DNA of 63,771 nt, filler included, from Reticulomyxa filosa (taxonomy: Eukaryota > Protista > Foraminifera): assembly GCA_000512085.1 (NCBI GenBank). It is 16 parts of 16 records of this genome, joined end to end, with 100 filler letters (N's around TTAATTAATTAA, not from the genome) between each part and the next. Parts side by side here need not be neighbours in the genome. Positions count along the whole stretch, not along the records: positions 52,126 to 54,180 come from ASPP01024148.1; positions 54,281 to 55,439 come from ASPP01026893.1; positions 55,540 to 57,938 come from ASPP01020439.1; positions 58,039 to 59,089 come from ASPP01015146.1; positions 59,190 to 61,327 come from ASPP01016000.1; positions 61,428 to 62,460 come from ASPP01034969.1; positions 62,561 to 63,771 come from ASPP01047779.1; 9 more parts are not named here. One strand, written 5' to 3'. The position numbers were made by a program, and so were the translations under genes. How positions within the stretch are numbered: position 1 is the stretch's first letter; every line of letters starts with the position of its first letter. Below are positions 52,661 to 63,771 of the stretch, in pieces. A model generated the notes under the pieces. That model saw only the letters and a list, made by a program, of their open reading frames with translations, had not been told where the DNA came from and ran no database searches.

Positions 52661-53286
52661 CTTCTTTCTCTCCATTATCACTCTGCTTAGGCAATCTCAT
52701 TTCAAAGGTTTGATTCAAACACATGCGATAGTTCTTTTGGAAATCGCCAATGGCCTGAAGCATCTGACGTGTCAAAACGCGGAGATACTCGTGATTGCGA
52801 AACGACTCGATGAGATCGAGACGCTTGCGTATGTCGTCGACGTCGACAGAAGGCGACGACAGACGTTGGGTGAGTAGTCGAAGACCAAGTGGGGTGGCGC
52901 ACTGGTTGAGACATTGCACCAGCGTGCCATGTGTGGACCCTTCGTAGAACGATCTCGTGATCTCCAAGCTCTTGCGTGTGGGGTTGTTCATCTTCATCCG
53001 TTTGTGGTCGTTGAACCGCTGTACGCTGCCAATCTCCAGGCCCGTCCGACTGTCCTTCCAGTACTCCACTAGTTGCACGAAGCTGCTCAGTTCCAGCGAC
53101 GACTCGAACACCGACCCGAATTTGTCGAGCACTTTGTCGATCGACTGTGAGTCGTCTATGCTACTCGTTAATGGCGTCATTATTGTTTCAATGTCGGTGA
53201 TATTTTGGCGTTTTTGTTTTTGCGATTTTTCTAGGCCGGGAGGAGGAGGAGGAGGAGAGAAGTTATTATTATTATTATTATTATTA

Positions 53287-53356
<70 letters not shown>

Positions 53357-53652
53357 CAATTGGTGTGTCATCTATCATTGTCAAAATCTTCTTATATTTA
53401 CTTTTCAATTGCTGCTCCAACAATGGTATCTTTTCTGCTGTAACCGTGTTAAACAAAATCTCCACTGGATCGATCCTCAGGATATGCTCCAAACACATAC
53501 TGGCGGGCACTTGCGTAATCATGATCTCCCCTGTCGACACATCACTCCAACACAATCCCACGTCTGGATCCTCTGCTCTTGACATCGTCGAGCCTGCTTG
53601 CACTCTTGCTGGTGCTTCCAGACTGGACTTCAACAAATCTTGCATCGTCGTT

Positions 53653-53684
<32 letters not shown>

Positions 53685-54023
53685 TGTCGTCATTGTCGTC
53701 GCTTTTGTCCCTGCTTTCATTGCCGACGCTCCACTACCTCCTCGCTGAGACGGCAACTTCTGCGTTGCGCAACCTGTAATTGACAACAGATATTGATTCG
53801 TAGCTGTCATCGTGTCCGGCGCAAAGTCCGCAAACGTGCCTGGCGATATCACTTTCACCACCTCTCTCTCTCGCCATCCCAACTTCTTGTTGCTCTTCGA
53901 CGTCGACACCAGCTTCGTCTCCTCCACCAATGCCACTTTGTATCCCGCTTTTATCAGCTTTCGCACGTACGAATATACCGTAAAGTGAGGTACTCCTACC
54001 ATCTCCTTTCGATTTATGTTCAC
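52126..54023 (-). CDS. MutS-family mismatch-repair protein (MutS1/MSH1-like), internal fragment with homopolymer insertions
   Basis: MVGVP...YVRKLIKAGYKVALVEE...REVVKVISPGT (domain I), VGLCWSDVSTGEI and RIDPVEIL (domain II), TRKSLEI...GTLVQCLNQCATPLGLRLL..RLSSP...IRKRLDLIE (domain III). Confidence 0.9.
53263..53357. repeat. (TTA)n microsatellite of about 30 units encoding poly-Asn in the MutS homologue
   Basis: Read directly from the sequence. A second shorter run lies at 52627-52660. Confidence 0.95.
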
Positions 54024-54056
<33 letters not shown>

Positions 54057-54280
54057 TTGTTGTTGTTCATTGCAATAATAACAATAATATAATAATTTTT
54101 ATTATTATTGCTGTTATTGTATGTTTTCTATTCCAAAAGCAATACATTGCTCAGTTGTTTTGTTTACGTAACAGTTCAAANNNNNNNNNNNNNNNNNNNN
54201 NNNNNNNNNNNNNNNNNNNNNNNNTTAATTAATTAANNNNNNNNNNNNNNNNNNNNNNNNNNNNNNNNNNNNNNNNNNNN

Positions 54281-55439
54281 TGCCTTTTCAATTTCGTCTT
54301 TGGTATCAAAAATCTCTCAAGTGACTTATCAGACAAGACCAAACTGTAAGAACAATTTCCTCCCTGTCTGGCTGTACGTCCTTTGATTTGCACTTCTTCT
54401 GATACTTCCCTCCGAAAGGAAGGTTTGGATTACATGAGCCCCACCATTGGCATTTACAACTTGATCACGACAAACAAAGTCTGTTCCTCGACCAAAAGCT
54501 TTAGTGTATAATCCTATTCGTCCCGACGAAGTAGCACGTTTAATGAAGATTCTTTCTCTTCAAAAGAATTTTCTTCCGTCATTACAATCGCAATGCTCTT
54601 CAACTCAAGATTATTGTCACCAAACAAAGATGGCATATATGTGTGTTTAGAAACATGATAACCTTCCTCCACCACTTCTTGCTCTGGTGGACTAAGCGTT
54701 TTCAAGATCCCATAATGCAATAAAAATTTCTTGGAACTTCGGCATATGATGAGAAATTACCAATTTGAAATGAAATGAAAATATCACTTTTGAAGCTTTT
54801 GTTACTGATTTTGTTTTGTGCATGTTCATGATAATACGCGAATCAAGTTTTGTATCCATAGCAAACATTATGGCAAATACTGTCTTGCTTTTTGTATCCA
54901 ATTTTATCATTGCTTATTTGATATCCATGAGAGGTAGAGTTTTGAACATCACTCAACAAATCCTTAATTGCTTCATCCAATAACAACTCCCATCCTTTCA
55001 ATATATTGCAACAAGCTCATCACCTCTCGATCCACCAGTGTGTTTAAGAATTGTCGTAGAGACAACAACACCAGTTAATTGCTCTGAGCCTTCATCTGAA
55101 TTAATTTGTAATTCTGCACATTTACCACCTGAAGTACGGGCTATTTTTTCAAAATGTTCTTTTGCTTGTCCATTCACATAAAAGGCATGCACAGTGATGT
55201 TACTTTGTAACGTGAGTTTTGCATTGAGACATTTGCTGTATAAAGTCAAGTGTGTCTTTCATGTTTTGAAAAAAATTTATTTAGTTCCGCATCATTTGCT
55301 TTGGCGGTAGTTTCATTGATTACTCCTTCCTTGATCATATTATTTGACATTTTCTCCAAATGACTATTGAGAGTATTCATTATTTCTGAATACGCCCATA
55401 GATTGGTAGATGTGTTGGGGTCTTCAGGGATACCACAAT
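54281..55439 (-). pseudogene. Decayed eukaryotic SecA-like SF2 ATPase / vWA-domain gene
   Basis: YTKAFGRGTDFVCRD...NGGAHVIQTFLSE/EVSEEVQIKGRTARQGGNCSYSLVL compares with SecA TNMAGRGTDI..GGLHVIGT....DNQLRGRSGRQG. The vWA C-terminal end reads ITVHAFYV..AKEHFEKIARTSGGKC. Multiple stops and frameshifts. Confidence 0.72.
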
Positions 55440-55589
55440 NNNNNNNNNNNNNNNNNNNNNNNNNNNNNNNNNNNNNNNNNNNNTTAATTAATTAANNNNN
55501 NNNNNNNNNNNNNNNNNNNNNNNNNNNNNNNNNNNNNNNTGATTACAAAGAAAACGTAAATTTGTCAGACGTACTTCAAAAAAAACTTC

Positions 55590-55740
55590 CTCCAACATGT
55601 TTAGTCAAAGTTTGAAACCATTCGTAGTTTCACAAAGGTCTTTTGTACAAGAAGGAACTCTTTCTTTGTGGTGGCAAACAAACCAACAACTATTACTTGT
55701 ACCATATGCCGAAGAAACAATGCAAACACATCTAAAGATA
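55590..55740 (+). pseudogene. Kelch-family N-terminal remnant
   Basis: LLYKKELFLCGGKQTNNYYLYH..KKQCKHI resembles the segments starting at 57689 and 33000. Confidence 0.45.
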
Positions 55741-56639
55741 TAATTGTTTAGAGAGCAAGGCAAAAGTAAAGTGAACGATATTTTTAATGAAATAAAATAA
55801 TGTTTTTATTATCAGATATTTGTAATTTTTAATTATATATGATCGATCATCAATTATCAAAAGTATTATTTTTTTGCTTTTGAAACTTTTTCATTTTTGG
55901 TGACGTTTCTTAATTAATTGTGTTTCATTTAAAGCAGTTACATGATCATTCATAAATGGCATTTGATAATGCGCATAAAAATTTTTTTGGAATATCTTAA
56001 CATTTCTTTTTTAAAGAAAGATAAACGAGAAAATGAAAACCAAAAAAATATTGTCATTTCATAAATAAATAGTATATTTTTTGCATCTTCGCAAATGCAC
56101 ATGACCTAAAAAGCAAAAAAAACATAAACAAATTATTTATTTAAAAAAAACTCATAAACAAATAGATTACTCAAAATGTAAAGGCTTCGTTATTGGAACA
56201 AGATACAAAAAAGGAATTATTCTCGACTGGGCCACATTGTTTTTTTAGGAACTGTGTTTCCAATGGTGCAATCAAGAGTTTTAGTACATTCCGACTTGAA
56301 AAAATACCAAAAAACTTACTCATTTATCGAACAAGCGATCTTGTTCGTGAAAAAGAAATGAAGTCAACAAACAAAACAAAAACAAAATAATAAAACAGTT
56401 CCTTTTTTTGATTTTTCAAACAAAGGAGAAACTAGTTTTTGTACCACAAATATGTAATCTGTACAAAGTATCTCTTTTTGTTAATTAGAATGAGTAATTG
56501 TTTATTTATCTTTATACATACAAACTTAAAAAAAAAATGAATGAGGCAATCACTTACGTATGTATGTACACAAGGAGTAGCAAAAAAAGAATGAAATTGT
56601 TACTACTTTGATCTGAGATGACAAGTCTCCATACAATTA

Positions 56640-56830
56640 TTTCCATTTCTTTGATCAAAGTCAAAGTATTGGTCACGTATATCTCCCACGATTGCAATTG
56701 GGTCATTCAAACACAATTGATTTGGCTCTTTCTTCAGTACTTATTGCAAATGTATTCCTGTCATCCTACGCAGAGGTCTATTATCACCTTCATTCCTTTA
56801 TTCAATTTGGATAAATGCATGCACTTGTAC
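56640..56830 (-). pseudogene. Degenerate PPP-family (calcineurin-like) Ser/Thr phosphatase N-terminal remnant
   Basis: VLKKEPNQLCLNDPIAIVGDIRDQYFD versus the canonical E.N...+..P+.V.GDIHGQ+.DL. The metal-binding His is lost and stops flank it. Confidence 0.6.
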
Positions 56831-57688
56831 AATATTTAATCTCCAATCCTCAATCCAAATTTGTCTATCTTTCATCATTTATTAAAGCTGTTTTGATTTT
56901 TTCATCTATTTATGACATAAATGACATTAACATCCTTTTTTTTTTCTCCGTAAATGTAAAGTTACACCTCCAAAATGATATCCGTAGAGTTGCCAAGAAC
57001 TTGTAAATATGTGTATATTTTTGTCTGTGCACAATAATGCACATACTCCGTTTTCTGTTGTAAATCAATAACAAGTAATAATAAAAAACTTAGGTGTAGC
57101 CTTTGACCGTAAATGGATGCAATAGCTGATGCATCAATTTTTACTTTGCCTTTCAACCACGTAATTTATTTTCAAAAAAAGTGATAATTTAAAATAATGA
57201 TCAATTTTGAAGGAAAAAGGAATCTTTCTTTGGCTTAAATCTTATTTGCCTAGGGGTTTTCCAGTGGTATAATCTACTTGCTCATGCCAAAGTTGTAAAA
57301 CTTTCCAACTTTACAACAAAAACAAAACACTTCTTTTCTTTCCTGCAATCAATATTGAAAACAAATTTATTTGAGTACATCTTAATATCAGTTAAATTGA
57401 TCTACAGATTATCTCTAAATCTATTTTCTTTGTTCGATGAAAGAAACAACTACTCATTACAAATTAATATTCAATTTAGACACTTTTGCTTTAGTTGGCA
57501 CTACACTGACTGCATAACTCAAAAACAATATTTTTAGAGTTCTTTTCATACTATGCAAAAAAAAAAGTATATCTCTTTCTCATCAAGGAATGTTCTTTTT
57601 GAAACGTTTTCAACACAAGTTTTTAAAAAAAAAGGAAAAATCATCCAAAAAAAGGATTATCTAGCATACTCCAAAAAGATCATCTAAC

Positions 57689-57938
57689 ATGTCTGCTCAA
57701 GTCAACAACTACTTTCAAACTTTGCCTGAATTACCAAAACCATTCGCAGAAACACAATGTATTTTGTTCAAGGAAGAACTTCTTTTTGTGATTGTGACGA
57801 AACTAAGAGCTGTTACTCGTACCATACTCTGAAAAAAGAATACAAATACATCTGCTCCTATCCCAATGGTATCAAACTAAATGGACATCGTGTTGTTCAA
57901 TTGAATAATTCACAAACCAATCCCAATGAAATTGATTT
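57689..57938 (+). CDS. Kelch-like family protein, 5' fragment with a frameshift
   Basis: MSAQVNNYFQTLPELPKPFAETQCILFKEELL / CYSYHTLKKEYKYICSYP..IKLNGHRVV. Confidence 0.7.
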
Positions 57939-58038
57939 NNNNNNNNNNNNNNNNNNNNNNNNNNNNNNNNNNNNNNNNNNNNTTAATTAATTAANNNNNN
58001 NNNNNNNNNNNNNNNNNNNNNNNNNNNNNNNNNNNNNN

Positions 58039-58388
58039 AGCTCTGTAATATGACTGTCGCCCCGTTTGTTTGAGCTATGCCAGCCGCTGACTGCGCCTTG
58101 AACCGTATGACTCAAATTGCCTTGCCAGTTGCACCCGACGCAAGCCATCACCCACATTCTGCGCAATCTGCTGTTTCTCAGCGTGGGGAACCCACCACAC
58201 CCAAGGCAGCTGCGGTGCTGCTCTGCAAAGGCGTTCCAGCTGCCAATTGCATGCTCGCGCGGGCCGGTATCAGCGTAAACCTTACAGGCAGTACAGGCGA
58301 CCAAAAAAAAGCCCGTCCCTTGGTCATGCCGAAGGGACGGAGCTGCGGAGCAATGTGGGCAGGGGTTAATTGTCAAAGCACCGGTCAT
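58039..58388 (-). CDS. Tandem Lar-like (restriction-alleviation family) zinc-ribbon protein, 3'-partial
   Basis: PCPHC...VACTAC...AIGSWN followed by CLGCGG...MACVGC...AVSGWH. The start overlaps the Q stop region by 23 nt. Confidence 0.65.
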
Positions 58389-59004
58389 CAGCGACCTCCA
58401 GAATGCTAGTCAGGGCGGCGCTATCTGTTGCTTTCAGAGCCTCCTGCATCACGCGCCAGCGGGGAAGCCAATCTCGACGCCAGTTCCCCTCAGGGATGCC
58501 GACCAGCAGACGAATGCGCTCTGGTTTATGGGCTGGCTTACCTGTTGTCCGCAGGTGTTTGTAGTCCTGCAGGCACAGATAAACCATACCTCGCACTTTT
58601 TGGAGAGATGCACCCCGCAAGGATGAGAACTGGGCGGCGACAGCATTCCACAGATCGACCACTGCGCCGCTCTCGTCATCCCAGCTGTAATCGGCGGTAT
58701 AGGCATAGCGGACCCAGCGGCGCTGATGATCTGGCAGGCGATGTACAGCGCGGACTATTCGGCTGTCATCAAACGCCCAGACCGGCAACGGCAGAGAGCT
58801 TTTACCTTTTCTGACTTCCCGGGCTTTAATTGTCGTCAGGCCACCGCAGACGTCTCCATCGGCATTGCTAGGCTTTTTCCGATGTGATGTCGGGATATTG
58901 TACTGAGCGGCCGGAGCATCTCCGCCGCGCTCTTTGATGTGAACAGAGTGAGCCTGTGCTATTCGCAGTCGGACCCAATCCATCTGATGGTAACTCTGTT
59001 CCAC
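58366..59004 (-). CDS. Phage late-gene antiterminator Q (phage 82-like family)
   Basis: RAV..L....RRWVRYAY...W......MVYLCLQD......L+GI...NWRRDW..RW..M.......D..AL pattern typical of this Q family. Confidence 0.75.
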   Translation of the reverse strand: MEQSYHQMDWVRLRIAQAHSVHIKERGGDAPAAQYNIPTSHRKKPSNADGDVCGGLTTIKAREVRKGKSSLPLPVWAFDDSRIVRAVHRLPDHQRRWVRYAYTADYSWDDESGAVVDLWNAVAAQFSSLRGASLQKVRGMVYLCLQDYKHLRTTGKPAHKPERIRLLVGIPEGNWRRDWLPRWRVMQEALKATDSAALTSILEVADDRCFDN

Positions 59005-59189
59005 AAGCGCACCTCAGTAAGTTGGAAAGCTGGGCGCACACGTTGCGCAGTTATAACAAATCTGGACGCCGGGCAATGCTGTTCGCCGGNNNNNNNNNNN
59101 NNNNNNNNNNNNNNNNNNNNNNNNNNNNNNNNNTTAATTAATTAANNNNNNNNNNNNNNNNNNNNNNNNNNNNNNNNNNNNNNNNNNNN

Positions 59190-59284
59190 TCTTTGACCGA
59201 ATTTCCATCATTCCATATGCTGGTACTCACTACTCCACCCAGCTTGTGTTCCTTTGCACCTGACTTTGTGCTAATGCTACGAGT

Positions 59285-59323
<39 letters not shown>

Positions 59324-59557
59324 CGTCGTGCCCGTTTCTTGGGATGTCATCTCTTCCCTTCGGTCCGCATGATTGCTGCCAAGGGGCTGATTCTTTCCTG
59401 ACAACGGCCTCGGGCCATTGCTGTCTTTGCCCACACGCGAGATCGTCGGCAAAGGCCCATTTTTCGGCGACGGGCTGGTCGGCAATGACTTGGTGTTTTT
59501 CGATAGCGATGGTAATGGATGGTTGGGGGGAGGGGGAGGGACTAAAGTTTTTTTAAA

Positions 59558-59608
<51 letters not shown>

Positions 59609-60246
59609 ACGCATCTAAGTAATCTTCACCAAAAAAAAAAAAAAAAAGTATACGTATTCTCTTTTTTTTTTTTTATATATAGGGTATGTATGAATTTTGT
59701 ATCAAACTGAAATGGCATTAATCCATTCCAAAGCTTCGTTCTCTGTCTCTGCTTCAAACTCCCATGACGTTTGACGGTGGTGACTTGGAAGCGCTTGGAC
59801 ATGACTGGCTTCACATTAACGCAATTGTACAGATGCAACGAATACAACTCGCGAGAAGTCTTTGGATTGCGACATTGGAGGATTCCTGTTGCTAATAATA
59901 TGCAGTAATATTTCTTCATTGTCTTATTCTTGCTTTGCTTGCTCAACAGTCCTTGATAAATTATCTCCTCATCAATCTTTAGCTGCAATGCAAACGAATG
60001 CTTATCTTGACTTCGCCACTCCATTGCTTTTTTCCCACTTATTTTTATTGAGTTTGGACTCAGTGCCTCATTTCCATTGCTTTTATTCGGAGATGAGTCA
60101 GAGCGACTCATTGGAAGGCTGCTCCCTTTTGACAGGGTCGAGGGCAGGCTTATCTGATTTGTTAGCATAAATTGTCCACTTTCCCTTCTTGATCCTAGTG
60201 TAGACCCTCCTTGAGGGGTTACTGGACGAGAATTTGGTGTGCCCAT
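59190..60246 (-). CDS. PH-domain protein with Ser/Pro/Thr-rich regions, 3'-partial
   Basis: IIYQGLLSKQSKNKTMKKYYCIL...L......SLHL...V....KRFQVTT. A 1-nt shift near 59770 restores SWEFEAETENEALEWINAI, the PH C-terminal helix. Confidence 0.85.
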
Positions 60247-60584
60247 GTGAAAATCTCCGGGGAATATCCATCCGTTTTTTAAAGAAAAAAAATCTTGTTG
60301 GCCGTTCAGTCCGTAGAACTACAACATTTGCTTCAAAAAAAAAGAAAATGCACAAACAAAACGCATGTTTTAATCTTATCGATCTTCCAGTCTCAAAAAA
60401 AAAAGGAATTTTTTCACTCTTTAAGGCTGCAACAATTGAAATGTGTTACCACTGTCTACAATTCAATCAAAAATTTGCTTAATTTAAATTTTTGAAATGT
60501 AGCCAATAGCCAATTTTTGTTTGTCCAAAAAGGGGGCTTATATAACTGAAACAATTCCCCTCGAAGCTAAAGATAATATAGCCA

Positions 60585-61130
60585 ATGTTTAATAGTCATA
60601 AAAAGGTGCGTAATAGCGTCGCTACCAACAAGCGATCATTAATGAATGATCCAAGCGAAACAAAACCGTTAATAGGAAGTAGCGAAGCAAGTAAGAGCGA
60701 CAACAACGAAAAAAGTGAGTCAATACAAGAAGGGGCGGAAAGTGATGAAGATGAGCATGGCAATGGCGCAATATGCATAGAAATAGTAGAAAGCAAAAAT
60801 AATTCAAAAGAGAGTGACAATAAAAACAGAGAAATTGGCGAAGCAGAAGAAGAGCGCAAAGAAGAATTGCAACAAAAGCAATCACAATCACAACAACAGC
60901 AGCTGCAATCACAATCACAATTGCAGCAGCAATCGCAATCGCAATTGCAATCGCAGTCAGAACAAAAAGAAGAGGGACAAATGCAAATGAAGGTAACACT
61001 ATTGCAAGTAGGCAAAGATAAAAGAACGGTATCAATGAACCCAAATTGGACGGTCTTGTATTTCAAAATTTACAATTTCCAAACCGAGATTGTGACAAAC
61101 AAGCAGAATGTTCGACTCATTTATAAAGTT
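60585..61130 (+). CDS. Acidic/Q-rich protein with a ubiquitin-like domain, 3'-partial
   Basis: MKVTLLQVGKDKRTVSMNPNWTVLYFK...F.......NVRLIYK followed by an intron. Divergent from the PH gene. Confidence 0.6.
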
Positions 61131-61427
61131 TCGAAAGCCATATGTTGTTGTTGTTGTTGTTTTTTTTTCTCTTTGTGTCCCTTTCTTTTCTTTTGCCTTT
61201 CCTTTCTCCCCTCTCCCTTCTCCCTTCTCCCTTCTCCCCTCTCATCCTTTTGTGATGAAATAATATGGACACATACATCACACATGTTCATATGCGATAT
61301 AACACATAATGTATCACCAAACACAATNNNNNNNNNNNNNNNNNNNNNNNNNNNNNNNNNNNNNNNNNNNNTTAATTAATTAANNNNNNNNNNNNNNNNN
61401 NNNNNNNNNNNNNNNNNNNNNNNNNNN

Positions 61428-62460
61428 TTTGGATGAAGAATGTTTAATCCACAAATGACTGGTTTTGATTTTTAGATGTCCAAGTTCTTCTTTATAATTT
61501 TCTCTATTACAATTAAGAGTTAAAGTGATATCTTCTCCAAGTAAAAATATTCCAAAATTATAATTATTCCATTCATTATTTTTTAATTTTATTGTTTGTT
61601 TATTTTCAGTGACCAATAAAAAATCAACTCCATTTTTCAAATTCGAAGTTTGAATGAATGAAAACATATCTTCACAGCTTTTGTGTTGTTCATTTTCTTT
61701 TTCTTTTTGTTCATTTTCTTTTTCTTTTTGTTCATTTTTTTGTTCTTGTTCAAATTGTGTTTTAATTTGAAGTTGATGTTGTTGAATATTTGTAGATTGA
61801 TTTTCTACTTTGGTTTCGACATTTTGTTTGTATTCATTAAATTTAATTTGATATTGTTCCAATTGTTTTTTGAATTCAATATTATTTTTTTTTAATGAAT
61901 TTATTGTTTGACCTCTTTTTTGTAATTCGTGTTTTAAACTGCCAATTTGTTGATTTTGTTGATTTTGCTGTTTTTTTAAATCAACAATAGTTTGACTCAT
62001 TTCCATTTTGAATTGTTGGATATCTTTTGTTAGTTCAAATATTTGTTCATCTTTCTTTAATGACTCTACTTTTAAATCTTTGATTTGCTCCTTTTTTTTT
62101 TTTTATTTGTTATCTTTTTCTTTATCATTTATTCAAACAAAAAGATAAATAATTATGACAAAACTGGTTGTAATTGCGATTGTAAATCTTTAACTACATT
62201 TTGTAATTCATTCATTTGTTTACTCATCACATTCAATTGATCTGTAATTTCATATGGGATATTTTGTTCAATTGGAATCAAATTGCATGAGTTATCCAAA
62301 TGATCTTTCAAATCTTTCATTTTTCCTTTGAAATTGCAATTGCAATTATTTATTGAATTTAAATTTAAATTTAAATTTGACTCACTCCAATTTTCTTCAT
62401 CTTCTCCAAATATTACTCCTTCATTTGATTGTCCTTTTTTCAAATCAAATTGTCGAGGAC
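61428..62460 (-). CDS. TRAF-like zinc finger + coiled-coil protein (lineage-expanded family), partial
   Basis: PRQF...CNFKGKMKDLKDHLDNSC followed by a long Q/K/E coiled coil and a conserved-looking C-terminal block (LKNGVDFLL..., GHLKIKTSHLWIKH). Confidence 0.7.
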
Positions 62461-63771
62461 NNNNNNNNNNNNNNNNNNNNNNNNNNNNNNNNNNNNNNNN
62501 NNNNTTAATTAATTAANNNNNNNNNNNNNNNNNNNNNNNNNNNNNNNNNNNNNNNNNNNNATTTATAATTATTCCTTTAATGTTAACAATTTCAATTCAA
62601 TTTTTATACTTGATTAAAAATAACTAAAATACAACAATGTTAATTTCCATAAAATCCCTAAGCAAAGATTGCAATCAGATGGAAATGTAAGTGAACGTAC
62701 AAATTATACAAACGTCAAAATATACTTTTTGCAACAAAGTAATCTCTATCCAAAATTAAAAATAATAAAAAAGATCTTATCAAAATAATTTTTAGTTGTG
62801 TATTAAACTCAATTTTAAACAATTACAGACAATTGCTCATGAAAGGAGAGAGTATTTTTGTGATTAAAGTAATTCATTGAATTTTTTACAAACATGAAAG
62901 AGAAGCAGTTGCAAGGATACATTATTAATAATTGACAATAGTTTACATTTGTGTTTTGTATCAAGTATAATAATCTTTTTTGCTTATTGAATATTATAAA
63001 TGATTTAATCTCGTATTTGATAACTTATTCAAATTAAAATATTTTTACAATTTTTTTAAAATAAAAGTGAATTGATTGTTGATAATCAAGATTACTTGTT
63101 TTCAAATGTAAAAAGCTGTTAATTTAAGAAAAAAATAACATTTTACAATGTTTTTGAATTGTAATTATATTTTATCGTCATCAATTTCTTTGTTAACGCA
63201 GATATAAGAAAGTACGGTAATTAATCACTTCTTTTTCAGAAATCCTGTTTTTAGATTATATGATATGCATTGTTTCTTTATTTTTAATAGCACTTTAATT
63301 CAGAATCAAGTGTTTTGTATAGGATTATATTTGAAAACTTGTAGAGGACCTGGAGCAGAAAAGCATGTTTTTGAATTTAAATTAAAAAGAAACAATTTGT
63401 ATATTTGGAGTCATACTGACTCCATTGTGACATAACAATACAAAAAATCAGCGATAATTCATTGATATTGAAAGCGATATCTTTGGTACATTTTGTTTCT
63501 TCCAATTCGTTTTTCGAAAATTTGTAGTAATGGTGTTCTTGTCCCAAGCAAATTTTTTTTGAATGAACAAAATTAATATCATATTGTTTTCTTTTCCTAA
63601 GTAAAGCTGACTTGCCTTTAAAAAAAATCAGTGAAGCAAACATATCAATCCAGTAATTACATTTTCAATGTCAATTCTTTACAAAGAGAAGCAAGACCTT
63701 TGTAATTAAAATATTTAACCGTTAATTTTTTTTTGAACAATAAGGATATATGAATGATTTATCCCAAACAT

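Larger units (their letters stand above)
58039..59089 (-). mobile_element. Bacterial lambdoid prophage fragment (contaminant or associated bacterium)
   Basis: GC is markedly higher than in the host contigs. Genes are intronless and overlapping, with a GTG start and phage gene content. Confidence 0.85.

Noticed and set aside
52957-53748. Poly-Leu/poly-Val membrane protein ORF
   Set aside because: Antisense of the poly-Asn and poly-Thr tracts in the MutS gene.
59760-59780. Programmed frameshift in the PH gene
   Set aside because: A single missing base in a short A-run. Many similar homopolymer indels in this window point to sequencing error.
60596-61066. Cys-rich metallothionein-like ORF (CDCDCNCD)
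   Set aside because: Antisense of the QSQSQ repeat in the plus-strand gene.
18563-62560. Recurrent TTAATTAATTAA palindrome as a repeat, CRISPR or regulatory element
   Set aside because: Always centred in identical N-padding, so it is an artificial all-frame-stop linker. Cross-contig gene neighbourhoods (e.g. RT next to the NACHT gene) are therefore meaningless.
1-63771. Alternative genetic code (stop-codon reassignment) to explain fragmented ORFs
   Set aside because: Long exons (993 aa, 649 aa) are stop-free in the standard code, and the breaks coincide with introns or indels.

Overview
This window is not one locus. It is 16 short contigs joined by an artificial 100-nt spacer (N44-TTAATTAATTAA-N44). 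Fifteen contigs come from an AT-rich, intron-rich protist. The Kelch, WD40, TRAF-zinc-finger and NACHT family expansions suggest a rhizarian/foraminiferan such as Reticulomyxa, which is an inference. Recognisable eukaryotic content: a CAP-Gly + PP2A B56 fusion gene, a >13-kb multi-lectin type-I membrane receptor gene, a tandem FKBP, an SH3 protein, a Sen1/Upf1-like helicase with a Tyr-periodic octapeptide tail, a Cys-less pentameric ligand-gated ion channel, a MutS/MSH1-like gene, PH and ubiquitin-like domain genes, and an endonuclease-less non-LTR retroelement beside a VPS13-like fragment. Two decayed genes are invisible in the ORF track and only appear when frames are read across frameshifts: a RelA/SpoT-like nucleotidyltransferase fused to a NACHT NTPase (NLR-like, my best candidate for an undescribed system) and a SecA-like ATPase with a vWA domain. 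One GC-rich contig (58039-59089) is bacterial prophage DNA carrying antiterminator Q and a tandem Lar-like gene. All domain calls come from reading motifs by eye and exon boundaries are approximate. No database searches were run.
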